A stretch of 64,000 nucleotides of DNA from Trueperaceae bacterium (GCA_965213925.1 OZ243927.1:4032001-4096000); one strand, 5' to 3'. Shown: positions 1 to 11,201, counted from the first letter of the stretch. The notes: a model not told the origin generated them from the sequence alone. A program made the numbers and translations.

Positions 1-264
1 GAGATGGGCGCGTACGCACCGGGTCTCTCATCTCATCTGAATAGTGCAGTAAAACGTAGAGACGCCGCGCCTCGAGGGAACGCTCACGTTCATAAAAACG
101 CCCTCGCCCAAGAGGTTTTTGTGTTTGCCTCGAGCCCTATCCGAAGGCGCGCCAAACCTCACACTCGAGCACATCCTCACAGAGAACCTTCACGTCACAT
201 TTGTTTAGAATGCGCTTTAGCGGAGAAGCGCGCTCGGACAGCGCTTCGGGTCGTTGCCGCCCGA

Positions 265-1698
265 CTAAGCCGACTCCTGCGCCGACACCCACCCCTGCGC
301 CGAATTCAGGATATCTTCGACCTCTTCATCATTCGGCGCTTCACAGTAGACGCGCAGCACGGGCTCGGTCCCGCTCGGGCGAAAGAGAATCCAGGCGTTG
401 CCGCTCAGGTTGAGCTTCACGCCGTCCAAGGTCTCGACCGACTCGACCTCTCGCTCCGCGAATGTATCCGGCGGATTGTTCAGCGAGCGCATCACCGCGT
501 CTTTAAGCTCGCTACCGCTTAGGTGAACATCTAAACGGTCGTAGGCGTGTTGCCACTCGGTCTCGCGCTCCAACGCTAAAAACAGCTCAGCGACGCTTTT
601 GCCCGATTTGATAACCGCCTCGAGCATGAGTAAACTGTTCGCCACTCCGTCACGTTCAGGTAGATACCCTGTTACGCCGATGCCACCCGACTCCTCGCCG
701 CCAATCAGCACGTCGCCCTCCAACATCGCCGCGACGATGTACTTGAAGCCGATGGGCGTCTCTGAAACGGGAATGCCTCTTTTTTCTGCCAACCGCTCGA
801 CGAGGCGCGAGACGTTGAAAGTCTTGATAACGCGCCCCGAATAGCCCTTCTCGTTCATGAGGCTTAGCAGAACGGCAAAAATCTGGTGTGCGTTGAAGTA
901 GCTGCCGTCCGGTAAGACGAGCCCCAAACGGTCGCCGTCGCCGTCCGTGACAGCGGCGAAGTGGGCATCGGAGTTTTTCATGTGCGACATAGTAGTCGCT
1001 AGATTCTGCGGCATCGGCTCGGGGTTGACGCCGTAGAACATGGGTGTGGGCTCGCTGCGGACCTCTTCGACCTCTACGCTCGAGCCAATATGCTGCAAAA
1101 ACCCGCTCAACCAGCCCGCTGCCGCGCCGCCCATCGCGTCGTGGACGAGGCTACCCGAGGCACTTCTGAGAACATCAACGTCCACGAGTTCGGCAAGTTT
1201 GTCAAAATAAGCCTTGCGAATGTCAAAGGTTTCGAAACTGTGCGCTTTAGCGTCGAACGTCTTCACGTCGTGCGGGGTGATGCGGCTCGTTCTCGAGGAA
1301 ACGTCCTCGTAGATGTCGGGCGTCGCCGTGCCGCCGTAGGGTCCTTTGAGCTTAAACCCGTTATACGCAGGCGGGTTGTGCGAGGCGGTCAGCATGACGC
1401 CGCCGCCCGTGCCAAAATGCACCGCCGCGAGCGAGAGCGCGGGCGTCGGCAAGGATGCACCCGCTAGTCTAACGTCAACCCCGTTCGCCGCCATGACCTC
1501 CGCAACGAGGTTCGCGAAACGTTCCCCGTTGAAGCGTGTGTCATAGCCGATGACGACGCTCGGCGTGTCTTTCTCCAAAAGGTGTTCGGCGTAGGCTTGG
1601 GCGACCCTCGAGACGTTCTTAAAGGTAAAGATGTTGCCGATAATGTCGCGCCAGCCGTCCGTGCCGAAGGTGAGTGTGTCAATATCTGAACCGTTCAC
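265..1698 (-). CDS. Phosphoglucomutase/phosphomannomutase family protein
   Basis: FGTDGWR N-terminus, catalytic TASHNP, metal loop DGDGDR, GEESGG, RPSGTEP. Confidence 0.95.
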   Translation of the reverse strand: MNGSDIDTLTFGTDGWRDIIGNIFTFKNVSRVAQAYAEHLLEKDTPSVVIGYDTRFNGERFANLVAEVMAANGVDVRLAGASLPTPALSLAAVHFGTGGGVMLTASHNPPAYNGFKLKGPYGGTATPDIYEDVSSRTSRITPHDVKTFDAKAHSFETFDIRKAYFDKLAELVDVDVLRSASGSLVHDAMGGAAAGWLSGFLQHIGSSVEVEEVRSEPTPMFYGVNPEPMPQNLATTMSHMKNSDAHFAAVTDGDGDRLGLVLPDGSYFNAHQIFAVLLSLMNEKGYSGRVIKTFNVSRLVERLAEKRGIPVSETPIGFKYIVAAMLEGDVLIGGEESGGIGVTGYLPERDGVANSLLMLEAVIKSGKSVAELFLALERETEWQHAYDRLDVHLSGSELKDAVMRSLNNPPDTFAEREVESVETLDGVKLNLSGNAWILFRPSGTEPVLRVYCEAPNDEEVEDILNSAQGWVSAQESA

Positions 1699-1784
1699 AA
1701 GGGCCTCCCAAAATTCCCGCTAGCATAACAGACGGTGAGCCATAAGGCGCACCTTTCGTCACAGTTTCGGCGCGGTGTGCGGCG

Positions 1785-2402
1785 CTACTTGCTCGAGCGG
1801 GGCGCTCTCGCGACGACCGCGATGTAAACTCCGCTCGCGCCCGCCTCCAGTAGCGCCAGACTGCACTCGGTCAGCGTTGCGCCGCTCGTCATCACGTCGT
1901 CTATGAGGAGAACCCGCTCGCCTCCTAGGGGTTCGGCGCGAAACGCACCCGTAACATTCTGCTGACGCTCGCTGCCGCCCAAACGCGCTTGCTGCTGCGT
2001 CGCCCGGACGCGCTTAACGGCGTGAGCGTGAGGAACGTTCAGCCGACGCGCTACCGTCTGAGCAATGACGGCGGACTGGTTGTAGCCGCGCTCCAAACGG
2101 CGGCGCGTATGTAGCGGCATCGGACAGATGAGGTCAGGGATCCAAGCGCTCCCACGAACGACGGACGCGATTTCTTCGCCGAAGGTCACACCCAAGCGTG
2201 TCACGCCGTGAAACTTAAAGGCTCTAACGGCTCGCTCCAGCCGCCCCTCGTAACTCCCTAGCGCAAGCTCGAAGCCCCCTATCTGAGGCGAAAACAGCGC
2301 CGACGCACAAACCGAGCAGCACCCCTTGACGCTACTCGGGCGCGTCCGGCAAACCGGGCAGCGGCTCAAGCCGTAAAAGAGGTCCGTAACGGATAAGCGC
2401 AT
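1785..2402 (-). CDS. comF: ComF family protein (Zn ribbon + phosphoribosyltransferase domain)
   Basis: N-terminal Cys pairs, RGYNQS, LLIDDVMTSGAT; leaderless TAGGCT-N6-ATG start. Confidence 0.9.
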   Translation of the reverse strand: MRLSVTDLFYGLSRCPVCRTRPSSVKGCCSVCASALFSPQIGGFELALGSYEGRLERAVRAFKFHGVTRLGVTFGEEIASVVRGSAWIPDLICPMPLHTRRRLERGYNQSAVIAQTVARRLNVPHAHAVKRVRATQQQARLGGSERQQNVTGAFRAEPLGGERVLLIDDVMTSGATLTECSLALLEAGASGVYIAVVARAPRSSK

Positions 2403-2509
2403 GGACCCAGCCTAAAGCGTTCCCAATCCAAGGGACGTGGCTTTCGCCACCCCACGTTTATCTTGGCAGCGTACTAAGCCTTGTGTAGAAACCGCGCGAA
2501 GCGTGTAGG

Positions 2510-2735
2510 TATACTGTCAATCAAAGAATGAGTGATGTCATTCTGAACTAGGTTAGAGCGAAGCTCAAAGCACCTTGTGCTTCACCTACGCAGCAAAGCG
2601 GAGCGTAAGAATCTCTGCATTCGCCTTCTTGTCTAGCCGAGAATAGAAGTTACAAAGTTTTGGCAGTAGCCAAACGAGACCCTTACGCATTCGCTCAGGG
2701 TGACATCAGTGCTATAAAACTTGCTTAACGCTGTA
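2510..2735. mobile_element. MITE family A copy
   Basis: Ends TATACTGTCAA / TTAACGCTGTA; flanks GTAGG / GTAAG; core TGTCATTCTGA...GAATCTCTGC...GAGACCC...CTCAGGGTGACA shared with copies at ~28.3, 50.1 and 52.8 kb. Confidence 0.8.
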
Positions 2736-2808
2736 GTAAGTATGTCAGCGAGATGTCCTCAAACTCACAAAGTGAGACCCCTACTCGTCACAGACCTTTT
2801 GCTTGCTA

Positions 2809-3002
2809 ACCTGAGTTCGAGGTTTCTCTAGGCGTGCTTTTCCGTCTCTGACGTGCTTCCTTTTACAAGAGCAAGGCGTATCTATTGTTGAAACGCTCGA
2901 GTATTTCCGAAAAACAATAAAACCGCAATCTCAGATAAGGTCGTCAGCCACCAAAAGTACAGGGTTTGCGCGCCTGACATGAAAATAACTCCGAACTCAG
3001 GT
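2809..3002. mobile_element. 194-bp MITE (family B) with 11-bp TIR and 6-bp target duplication, possibly IS982-derived
   Basis: ACCTGAGTTCG ... CGAACTCAGGT perfect inverted ends; TTGCTA on both sides (2803-2808, 3003-3008). Confidence 0.8.
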
Positions 3003-3005
3003 TTG

Positions 3006-4004
3006 CTATGTTTTTCGGTTCGCTAAAGAACCCAACACGTTCAAAATCCGCCGCGCTTCATCCTGATTCGGCAAGTCGGCAAAACTTTCATCCAAAAGAG
3101 ACAACCCCCGCGCCGCTCTCGCCTCGGCAACCTCTTGCGCGTAAGCCAATGAGCTGTAGCGCTCAATGAAACCTAAAATACGTTGAACGTCCTCTTCCGT
3201 TTTGTCGTTTCTGGGCTTTGCCAACCGCTCATAGACCTCTTCTCGCTCACCTTGCGCGGCGTGGGCGAAGAGGTGCGCCAACACGAGCGTGCGCTTGGCT
3301 TCGAAGAGGTCACCCGCGAACTCCTTACCGTAAGCGATGTCGGGCATGAGGTTCAAGATGTCGTCGCGGATTTGAAAGGCAACGCCTAAATGGGTACCCG
3401 CCTCGACGAACCGCGCGTCCGGCTCCATCTCTGCGCAGAGCGCCCCGAGCCGCAAGGGGCACACGACCGTGTAGTACGCCGTTTTAAGCGTAACCATCTC
3501 TAAATAATCCGCCTCGGAGATGTCGAACGTGCCTTCAGCCACCCAACTGAGGTCTAAGTGTTGCCCCTCCGCCGTGCGCGAAATCATCCACTCGAACTCG
3601 CTGAAGATTTGCCGCTGTACCTGGTGAGAGAAGCCCCCCAAGTGATGCAGCACCCGCCACATGTAGACGTGCAGCGCGTCCCCGACGTTGAGCGCGACGG
3701 GCATCCCCACCGTGCGGTGCAGCGCGGGTGCGCCGCGCCTGTCCTCGGAGTCGTCCTCGATGTCGTCGTGAATCAGGACCCAATTTTGGAAGAGTTCTAA
3801 CGCCGCCGCAACGTCCAGACCTCGTTGCCACGTTCCGCCGTGTGCCGAAACGGAGCGCAGCACGAGTTGACCTCGCAGGTGTTTCCCGCCCCGTTCGGGG
3901 TAGTCGCGGATGAGGGTGTAGAACGCCTCGAGTTGGGCGTTCGCGTGGCCTTTGGGAAGGTGAGAGAGGATGCGCTCTCTAAGGGCGTCTTGCATAGAGG
4001 TCAT
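3006..4004 (-). CDS. Polyprenyl diphosphate synthase (GGPP synthase-like)
   Basis: GGKHLR, LIHDDIEDDSEDRRG, GQHLD, KTAYY, FQIRDD. Confidence 0.92.
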   Translation of the reverse strand: MTSMQDALRERILSHLPKGHANAQLEAFYTLIRDYPERGGKHLRGQLVLRSVSAHGGTWQRGLDVAAALELFQNWVLIHDDIEDDSEDRRGAPALHRTVGMPVALNVGDALHVYMWRVLHHLGGFSHQVQRQIFSEFEWMISRTAEGQHLDLSWVAEGTFDISEADYLEMVTLKTAYYTVVCPLRLGALCAEMEPDARFVEAGTHLGVAFQIRDDILNLMPDIAYGKEFAGDLFEAKRTLVLAHLFAHAAQGEREEVYERLAKPRNDKTEEDVQRILGFIERYSSLAYAQEVAEARAARGLSLLDESFADLPNQDEARRILNVLGSLANRKT

Positions 4005-4038
4005 CTGTATTTACACAACACAGAATATCTCGTTACGT

Positions 4039-4066
4039 GTAGGGGCGATTCATGAATCGCCCCTAC
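4039..4066. repeat. GTAG-type REP palindrome
   Basis: Perfect 28-bp palindrome GTAGGGGCGATTCATGAATCGCCCCTAC; one mismatch to the copy inside the RAYT gene (58844-58871). Confidence 0.9.
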
Positions 4067-4083
4067 TACACTGCTCTGCAAAA

Positions 4084-5123
4084 TCAAACCGGACCAGGAC
4101 GCCGTATGCACGCCTTGAAATGTCCCGGACTGACCTCTTCTAAGGGTGGGTCGATCTTGGCGCACTCCTCGATGGCGATGGGACAACGGGTGCGGAAGAC
4201 GCACCCCGAGGGCGGGTTGATCGGGCTGGGGATGTCGCCCTGCAAGATGACGCGCTCGCGCTTGACCGTCGGGTCAGGGATCGGCACGGCGGACAGCAGC
4301 GCTTCGGTGTAGGGGTGAACGGGGTTCGAGTAGAGGTCTTTCGAGGGCGCGATCTCCATGACCTTGCCCAGATACATCACGACCACCGTGTCGCAGATGT
4401 ACTCGACGACGCCCAAATCGTGGGCGATGAAGAGCAGCGTCAGCCCGAGTTCCTCTTTGAGGTCTTGAAGCAAGTTGACGACCTGCGCTTGAATGGACAC
4501 GTCGAGCGCCGAGACGGGCTCGTCCGCGACGATAAACTGTGGGTCTACGGCGAGCGCGCGCGCGATGCCAATGCGCTGCCGCTGCCCGCCCGAGAACTCG
4601 TGCGGGTAGCGCCGCATGTGCGCCGACGAGAGCCCGGTGCGCTCCAGGAGGTCCGCGACACGCTCCTCTTTCGCCTTGCCTTTAGCGAGGTTATGGATGG
4701 TCAGGGCTTCGCCGATAATGTCCGCGACGGTCATGCGCGGGTTCAGACTCGCGAAGGGGTCCTGGAAGATGATCTGCATCTCTTTGCGGTACTCGCGCAT
4801 CTCGGAGCGTGAGAGCTTGGCGACGTCCACGCCATCGAAGAGGATTTCGCCGTCCGTGGGCTCTAAGAGGCGCAAAATCGTGCGCCCCGCCGTCGTCTTG
4901 CCCGAGCCCGACTCACCGACGAGCCCGACCACCTCGCCCGGTTTGATGTTTAAGCTGACGTTTTCGACCGCCTTGACGTTCGCGACGACGCGGGAAAAGA
5001 CCCCGCCCCGAATTGGGAAGTATTTTTTGAGCCCTTTGACCTCTAAGAGGTACTCGCCCTTCGATCCTTTGCGTTTGCTGCTCTGTGGCTGCTCTTGCGA
5101 CTGTGTATCGTAGGCTTTGACCG

Positions 5124-5127
<4 letters not shown>
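4084..5127 (-). CDS. Oligo/dipeptide ABC transporter ATP-binding protein (OppF/DppF-like)
   Basis: [37 protein letters not shown]. Confidence 0.95.
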
Positions 5128-6134
<1,007 letters not shown>

Positions 6135-6301
6135 AATATATGCTCCTTGTCATCTGCCTATCATACCTCTCTAACCTGACCAATTGTAAGCTTTTTCACT
6201 GGATCCCCGCAAAAACGCTTCAGTTCGGTAACGGTGCGCGTTGCCAACACTAGATTTAGGCGGCTTGACGGGTGCTCGAGACCATCCCAGAATAGCCCCG
6301 T

Positions 6302-7516
6302 TCACTGCCGACTCTTAGGATCAAAGGCGTCGCGCAGACCGTCGCCTAAGAGGTTCCAAGCCAACACCGAGATGAAGATAAATACGCCGGGCAAGAAAAT
6401 CCACCAGCGGTCCGTAAGTCCGGTCACGCCGACAAAGCGTTGCGCCGTGTTGAGCATGAGCCCCCAACTCGTCGAGGGCGGCTGGATGCCCAACCCGAAA
6501 AAACTCAAGACCGACTCGACGATGATGAATGAGGGGATGATCAGACTCATGTAGACGATAAGGTAGCTCAAGGTGTGCGGCAACATGTGGAGGCCGATAA
6601 TACGGGCGTTGCTCGCGCCTAAAGACTTCGCGGCGAAGGCGAAGTCGCGCTCGCGCAGCGAGAGAATCTGCCCGCGCACGGTGCGCGCCACGCTGCCCCA
6701 GCCCACCATCGCCAGCACCACGACGATGAGCAAGAAGACTGTCGAGGAGGGCAGATTTAAGGGATAGAAGATGGCGGAGAGCGCGATGAGCAAGAAGAGG
6801 TCGGGAATCGCCGCCAACGCCTCGATAAAGCGCATGATAAGCTCATCCACCCAGCCGCCGAAGTAGCCCGCCAAACCGCCAAAAAATACGCCGATGGCGA
6901 CCGTCACGATAGCGGAGAGAATCCCCACCGTGAGGCTGATGCGCGCCCCGAAGAGAATCTTGCTGAACACGTCGCCGCCCAAGTCGTCGGAGCCCCAGAG
7001 GTAGAGGTTCGCTTGGGGCGGAGAGTCAGCCAAGCCGAAGAGGTGCAGCGTCGCCCAGGGGCGGATGCCCAAGTCTTGGCGGAAACCCTGCGGGATGAGG
7101 TTGACGGGGAAGGGCACATAGCGTTCGCGCACGGCTTCACGCCGTACGAAGAATTCAACGGGGTACTTTTGGGACTCGTCTACGGTCCAGGTGGTCTCGA
7201 GCGTGTCGAAATCCAGCTCTTTCTCGAGTCCGTAAACAAAGGGTCTCGTCAAGCCGTTCTCGTCGCGAAAGCGAATCTGGGTGGGCGGCTGAAAGGTCGC
7301 GCGAGGGTTGATGTACGCCTCGGGGTAGGGCGCGATAAAGTCGGCAAACGCCGCGAAGAAGTAGAAGATACCCAAGACCGTCAGCGCGAGCCGCGCCATC
7401 GGGTGCTTGCGAAACTGCGCCCAGGCGATGGAGGTGAGGCTCGCTCCTTGCGCGGCGGGCGGCTTCTGCCCCTCTTCCGGGCGCTCTTTGTCGGGGTTAA
7501 AGGCGGTGTCAGCCAT
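6302..7516 (-). CDS. Peptide ABC transporter permease (OppC-like)
   Basis: GSDDLGGDVFSKILFGARISL, EAA-type loop, SWGLML; start reassigned to ATG 7516, which overlaps the upstream stop. Confidence 0.92.
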   Translation of the reverse strand: MADTAFNPDKERPEEGQKPPAAQGASLTSIAWAQFRKHPMARLALTVLGIFYFFAAFADFIAPYPEAYINPRATFQPPTQIRFRDENGLTRPFVYGLEKELDFDTLETTWTVDESQKYPVEFFVRREAVRERYVPFPVNLIPQGFRQDLGIRPWATLHLFGLADSPPQANLYLWGSDDLGGDVFSKILFGARISLTVGILSAIVTVAIGVFFGGLAGYFGGWVDELIMRFIEALAAIPDLFLLIALSAIFYPLNLPSSTVFLLIVVVLAMVGWGSVARTVRGQILSLRERDFAFAAKSLGASNARIIGLHMLPHTLSYLIVYMSLIIPSFIIVESVLSFFGLGIQPPSTSWGLMLNTAQRFVGVTGLTDRWWIFLPGVFIFISVLAWNLLGDGLRDAFDPKSRQ

Positions 7517-8496
7517 CAGTACCGAATCCTCGGGTCGATGAGCGCTAATGCCACGTCCGAGACGAGGTTGCCCACCATAAGTAGCACGACTAGAATCGTT
7601 AGGAAGGCCATCACCACGTAAGCGTCTTGCGCGTAGATGGAGGAAATAAAGAGCGGCGTGATGCCGGGCCAGCGGAGCACGTACTCCACGGTCCCCGCGC
7701 CGCTGATGAGCCCCGGCAAGATGCCGCCGATGGTCGCAACGATCACTAGAATTGCGTTTCTGAGCGCGTGCTTGTAGTTCACCACGCGCTGTGAAAGCCC
7801 CTTCGCCCGCGCCGTGCGGATGTAGTCTTGCCCCATGACCTCCAACATCTCCCCGCGCATGATGCGGGTGATAAAGGCGAGGCTCGACAGAGCCACCACC
7901 AACATCGGCGCAACCAGGTGCCACAAGAAGTTCGTCGTCTTACCCCAGAACGAAAGCTGGCTATAGACGCTGCTCGTCATCCCGCCTGTCGGAATCAAGA
8001 GGTAGTCGAAGTTTTGAAACCACTGCACCGCGAACGCCACGACCAAGAGCGCCAAAAAGAAGTTGGGAATGGCTAACCCGATGAGGCTAAAGACCGTTAA
8101 GATTCTGTCACCGATAGAATATTTGCGCAGCGCAGAGTACACGCCGATGGGAATCGCCACGAGATAGGTGAGCGCTGTCGCGGGCAGGAGCAGCCACAAG
8201 CTATTCACCATGCGCGGCCAGATGAGGTTGCTCACGTCGCCCTTCGTGGTCATGCTCGTGCCGAAGTCCAAACCAGTGACGACGTTGCGGAGCCAGTAGA
8301 GGTAGCGAATGTACCAAGGGTCGTCGAGCCCTAATGATTCGCGGATGCGCTGAGCCTTGTTCACGTCAACCTGGTCAAAGGCAAATTGGCTCGCGAAGTC
8401 GCCGGGCGCAAGCTCGATGACGCACCACGCCAAAAACGTCGCCACGAAGAAAGTGGGGATGAGGTTGAGGATTCGTCTGATGATATATGGAATCAA
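7516..8496 (-). CDS. Peptide ABC transporter permease (OppB-like)
   Basis: YIIRR, APGD, DYIRTARAKGL, KHALRNA, DPRIRY. Confidence 0.95.
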   Translation of the reverse strand: MIPYIIRRILNLIPTFFVATFLAWCVIELAPGDFASQFAFDQVDVNKAQRIRESLGLDDPWYIRYLYWLRNVVTGLDFGTSMTTKGDVSNLIWPRMVNSLWLLLPATALTYLVAIPIGVYSALRKYSIGDRILTVFSLIGLAIPNFFLALLVVAFAVQWFQNFDYLLIPTGGMTSSVYSQLSFWGKTTNFLWHLVAPMLVVALSSLAFITRIMRGEMLEVMGQDYIRTARAKGLSQRVVNYKHALRNAILVIVATIGGILPGLISGAGTVEYVLRWPGITPLFISSIYAQDAYVVMAFLTILVVLLMVGNLVSDVALALIDPRIRY

Positions 8497-8604
8497 CGGG
8501 CTTCTCCAGCGAGTTGGGATTTTGGGGTGAGCGACTTGCTCAATTTAATTAAAAAATAGAATGTTCGGCTCTCTAAATACAGTGTTGAAAGATTGACGAG
8601 TAAG

Positions 8605-8639
8605 GTAGGTAGAGCTTTAGCACCTAAAGCTCTACCTAC
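8605..8639. repeat. 16-bp perfect stem-loop between substrate-binding protein and permease genes
   Basis: GTAGGTAGAGCTTTAG-cac-CTAAAGCTCTACCTAC. Confidence 0.75.
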
Positions 8640-8649
8640 GAAAAAGCGG

Positions 8650-10443
8650 TTACTGCGGCGTCGCGAGGGTACCCCTAAAGCCACCCGGACGATACGGCGA
8701 CTCTATACTATTGGAGTCGAGCGCCTCCTCGGGCCAGACGTTGCTCATGTTTTCGTAGAGGTGAAACGCGGGGCTGATGAGCGGGGTCATCGGGAGGTAC
8801 TCGCGCATGAGCGCGGCACGTTGGTTGTAAACCTCGACACGCTCATCGATGTCGAGCGTCGCGTCCATGCGGCGGCTCAGGCGGTCCATGGTGATCTCCC
8901 AAGGCTTGACGTCGGTGGTGCTCTTGTTCCAAGAGTTGAGGTTGACGCCAAGACCCAGTACGTTCACAGACGAGGGGTTGTCCAAGTCGCCACCGGCTAA
9001 GCCCCAAATCTGCGCGTCGTAGTCCACCTCGCGGGGCAAGCCCTCCGTACCGACGATGGAGTTGGACCAGATTTCGGTGGAGACTTCGCGGGGATTCACA
9101 GCGACGCCGTACGGGGCGAGCGTCTGCGCGATCACCTGCGCCTCTTGCGCGCGGCGGTTGTTGCCCGAGTTGAACTGGAGGTCAAAGGCGACGCGGCAGC
9201 CCGTCTCGGAGTTGCGCAGGACGCCGTCAGGTCCCTCTTCGGTGTAGCCGAGCGAGTTGAGAATCTCGACGCCGCGCTCCGGGTTGAACTCGAAGGGGTC
9301 TAAGTTCGGCGCGTTAAAAGGCTCACCCGCTTCGCTCTGGTAGTCTTTCGCAGGGAAGCCGAGACCGCCTAAAGCCGCGTCAACAAGCGCGTCGCGGTCA
9401 ATCATAATGGAGATCGCTTGGCGGAAGTCGGGCGAGCGGAAGAGCGTGCTCTTACACTCGTCCGTCGTGTTGAAGTTGTAGGTGATAAAGTCTACAAGCG
9501 TGTCCGGTCCGATGTTGGCGAACAGCTCACCTTGAATCGAGCCGTTCTGTACGGCTTGCTGCACGGCGCGAACCTCGTCTAAGGTGGTGGGCCAGTAGAA
9601 GTTCGCTTGACCGGTGGTCACGAGCGCGAGCTGAGCGTTGCGGTCCTCGGTGAAGGTGACGGTCCAGCGGTCAGGTCCGGGGAGTGGGTCGCCGTTCGCC
9701 GCCTGAACATCTTCGCCATACGAAGGATTTTTCTCTAAAACGATGCGCTCGCCAGGGCGGAATTCAGCGATAGTATAAGGACCACCCGAAACGACTTGAT
9801 CTACAGGCGTGTCCACGCCCCAGAGCGCACGGATGCCCTCGGCACCACTCTCTTCGTAGACAGGCATATAGATGTGGGCGGGTACTGCGCCGATGATGCC
9901 GACGTTAAAGCCCATCGCGTTCACCTGCGGCTCGGGCAGGGTTACGCGAAACTGGTACGTACCGAGCTTTTCGTACTCGACGCGCCCATCTTCGCCCACT
10001 TCGGTTGAGGAGTAGTCGTTCGATTGAACATCGGGGTCGCCTTTGATGGTACGCGCCGCCATGAAATCGTCGGCGGTAATCTCGGTGCCGTCTGACCAGG
10101 TCCAGCCTTCGCGGAGCGTGATGATAAATTCCTGCTCAGTGCGCACCTCTTCGATGTCGCTGGCGAACAGCAGGTTGAAGTTGCCCTCTTCGTCGCGGAA
10201 GGAGCGGTTGCCGAGCCAGTCGCGGTAGATGAGTGCGGGACCGGAGATCATGCCGAGGATAGCGGTCTCAGTAGCTGAAGAGCTAAGCACCGGATTCAGC
10301 GTCAAAAAGTCGCCAAAGACGGTCTCTTCGATCACACCGCCTTGCGGCGCTTCGGGCGCGTACGCCTCGGACCACTGGTAAGGCTGCGCGAAGGCGAGTG
10401 CCCCGAGTGAAAATAGGGCAAGGGTCAAGAGGATTTGCTTCAT
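8650..10443 (-). CDS. Peptide ABC transporter substrate-binding protein (family 5)
   Basis: Signal peptide, LREGWTWSDGTEITADD motif, FRQAISIMIDRD; GGAGG RBS before ATG 10443. Confidence 0.92.
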   Translation of the reverse strand: MKQILLTLALFSLGALAFAQPYQWSEAYAPEAPQGGVIEETVFGDFLTLNPVLSSSATETAILGMISGPALIYRDWLGNRSFRDEEGNFNLLFASDIEEVRTEQEFIITLREGWTWSDGTEITADDFMAARTIKGDPDVQSNDYSSTEVGEDGRVEYEKLGTYQFRVTLPEPQVNAMGFNVGIIGAVPAHIYMPVYEESGAEGIRALWGVDTPVDQVVSGGPYTIAEFRPGERIVLEKNPSYGEDVQAANGDPLPGPDRWTVTFTEDRNAQLALVTTGQANFYWPTTLDEVRAVQQAVQNGSIQGELFANIGPDTLVDFITYNFNTTDECKSTLFRSPDFRQAISIMIDRDALVDAALGGLGFPAKDYQSEAGEPFNAPNLDPFEFNPERGVEILNSLGYTEEGPDGVLRNSETGCRVAFDLQFNSGNNRRAQEAQVIAQTLAPYGVAVNPREVSTEIWSNSIVGTEGLPREVDYDAQIWGLAGGDLDNPSSVNVLGLGVNLNSWNKSTTDVKPWEITMDRLSRRMDATLDIDERVEVYNQRAALMREYLPMTPLISPAFHLYENMSNVWPEEALDSNSIESPYRPGGFRGTLATPQ

Positions 10444-10906
10444 ATAAACCTCCAAGAAGTAGGGAGCAACGTCTGGAATTGTCCCCGGAGCGAATTGTGT
10501 CGCTAAAACTAGGCTAACGCAGTAGGTCAGAAAAAATCAAGGTGTGCTGCAATACGTTCTTCTCGTTGTCTGTAGCGCCTCCTTCTATGTAGCTCAATCT
10601 ATCACTCACACGTATAGGCGTCAATTTCTCACAAGCTGCCATCTGAGAATTTTTCTCGGAACGCTTTGCTTAATTTTTCGCTGGAGTTTGCAAAGTGCCT
10701 CTTTAGAACTGTCCAAGTGTCTATCAAATTTTTGACACTACGAATCTTTGAGGACTCGAGCGCCTTCAGCAGCGTAAGTGTACTTTAGGCGCTTTCCCCA
10801 TGAGAGGACGCCAGGTCAGATTAAGGTCGTTTCATCCGTTTCGCGAGAATTCTATGCTGTCCGTGCGCAAATTCTAGCACACATCGCGCTGTAGCGGTAC
10901 AAAACG

Positions 10907-10935
10907 AAAAAACCCGCCCCAAAGGGAGCAGGTCT
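10907..10935 (-). terminator. Intrinsic terminator after secG
   Basis: Minus strand ACCTGCTCCC-TTT-GGGGCGGGT followed by a T run. Confidence 0.65.
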
Positions 10936-10958
10936 GTGAAGTTTTTAACTTTGTAGGG

Positions 10959-11201
10959 TTAAGCTCTTGGAATCACCGCGAGCGCGAGCGCGAGGAGACC
11001 CCAGACGACACCGAGCCAGATGGTGAGGCGGTGCAAGCCGCCCGCCGTGCCACCCGTGGTACTACCCAAGCCTTCGCCACCCCCGCCGCCTAAGCCTTCG
11101 CCGAGACCGCCCTGCTTGGGCTCCTGCAGCAAGATGATGAAGGTCAGACCGACTGACGCCAAGATAAAAAGGATGAATACTAACCAGAATATGATAAACA
11201 C
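10959..11201 (-). CDS. secG: Preprotein translocase subunit SecG
   Basis: Two TM helices, ILLQEPKQGGL, Gly-rich loop, LHRLTIW; adjacent to tRNA-Leu. Confidence 0.88.
   Translation of the reverse strand: MFIIFWLVFILFILASVGLTFIILLQEPKQGGLGEGLGGGGGEGLGSTTGGTAGGLHRLTIWLGVVWGLLALALAVIPRA

Noticed and set aside
4..522. 172-aa plus-strand ORF and many other antisense or overlapping ORFs in the track
   Set aside because: They are shadow frames of well-supported genes in GC-rich DNA and have no recognisable motifs.
7517..7924. N-terminal extensions of ORFs (OppC-like; also truA, moaC, suhB, DAK2, LON-domain)
   Set aside because: They overlap upstream genes or promoters, and better starts exist with an RBS, stop overlap or leaderless -10 element.
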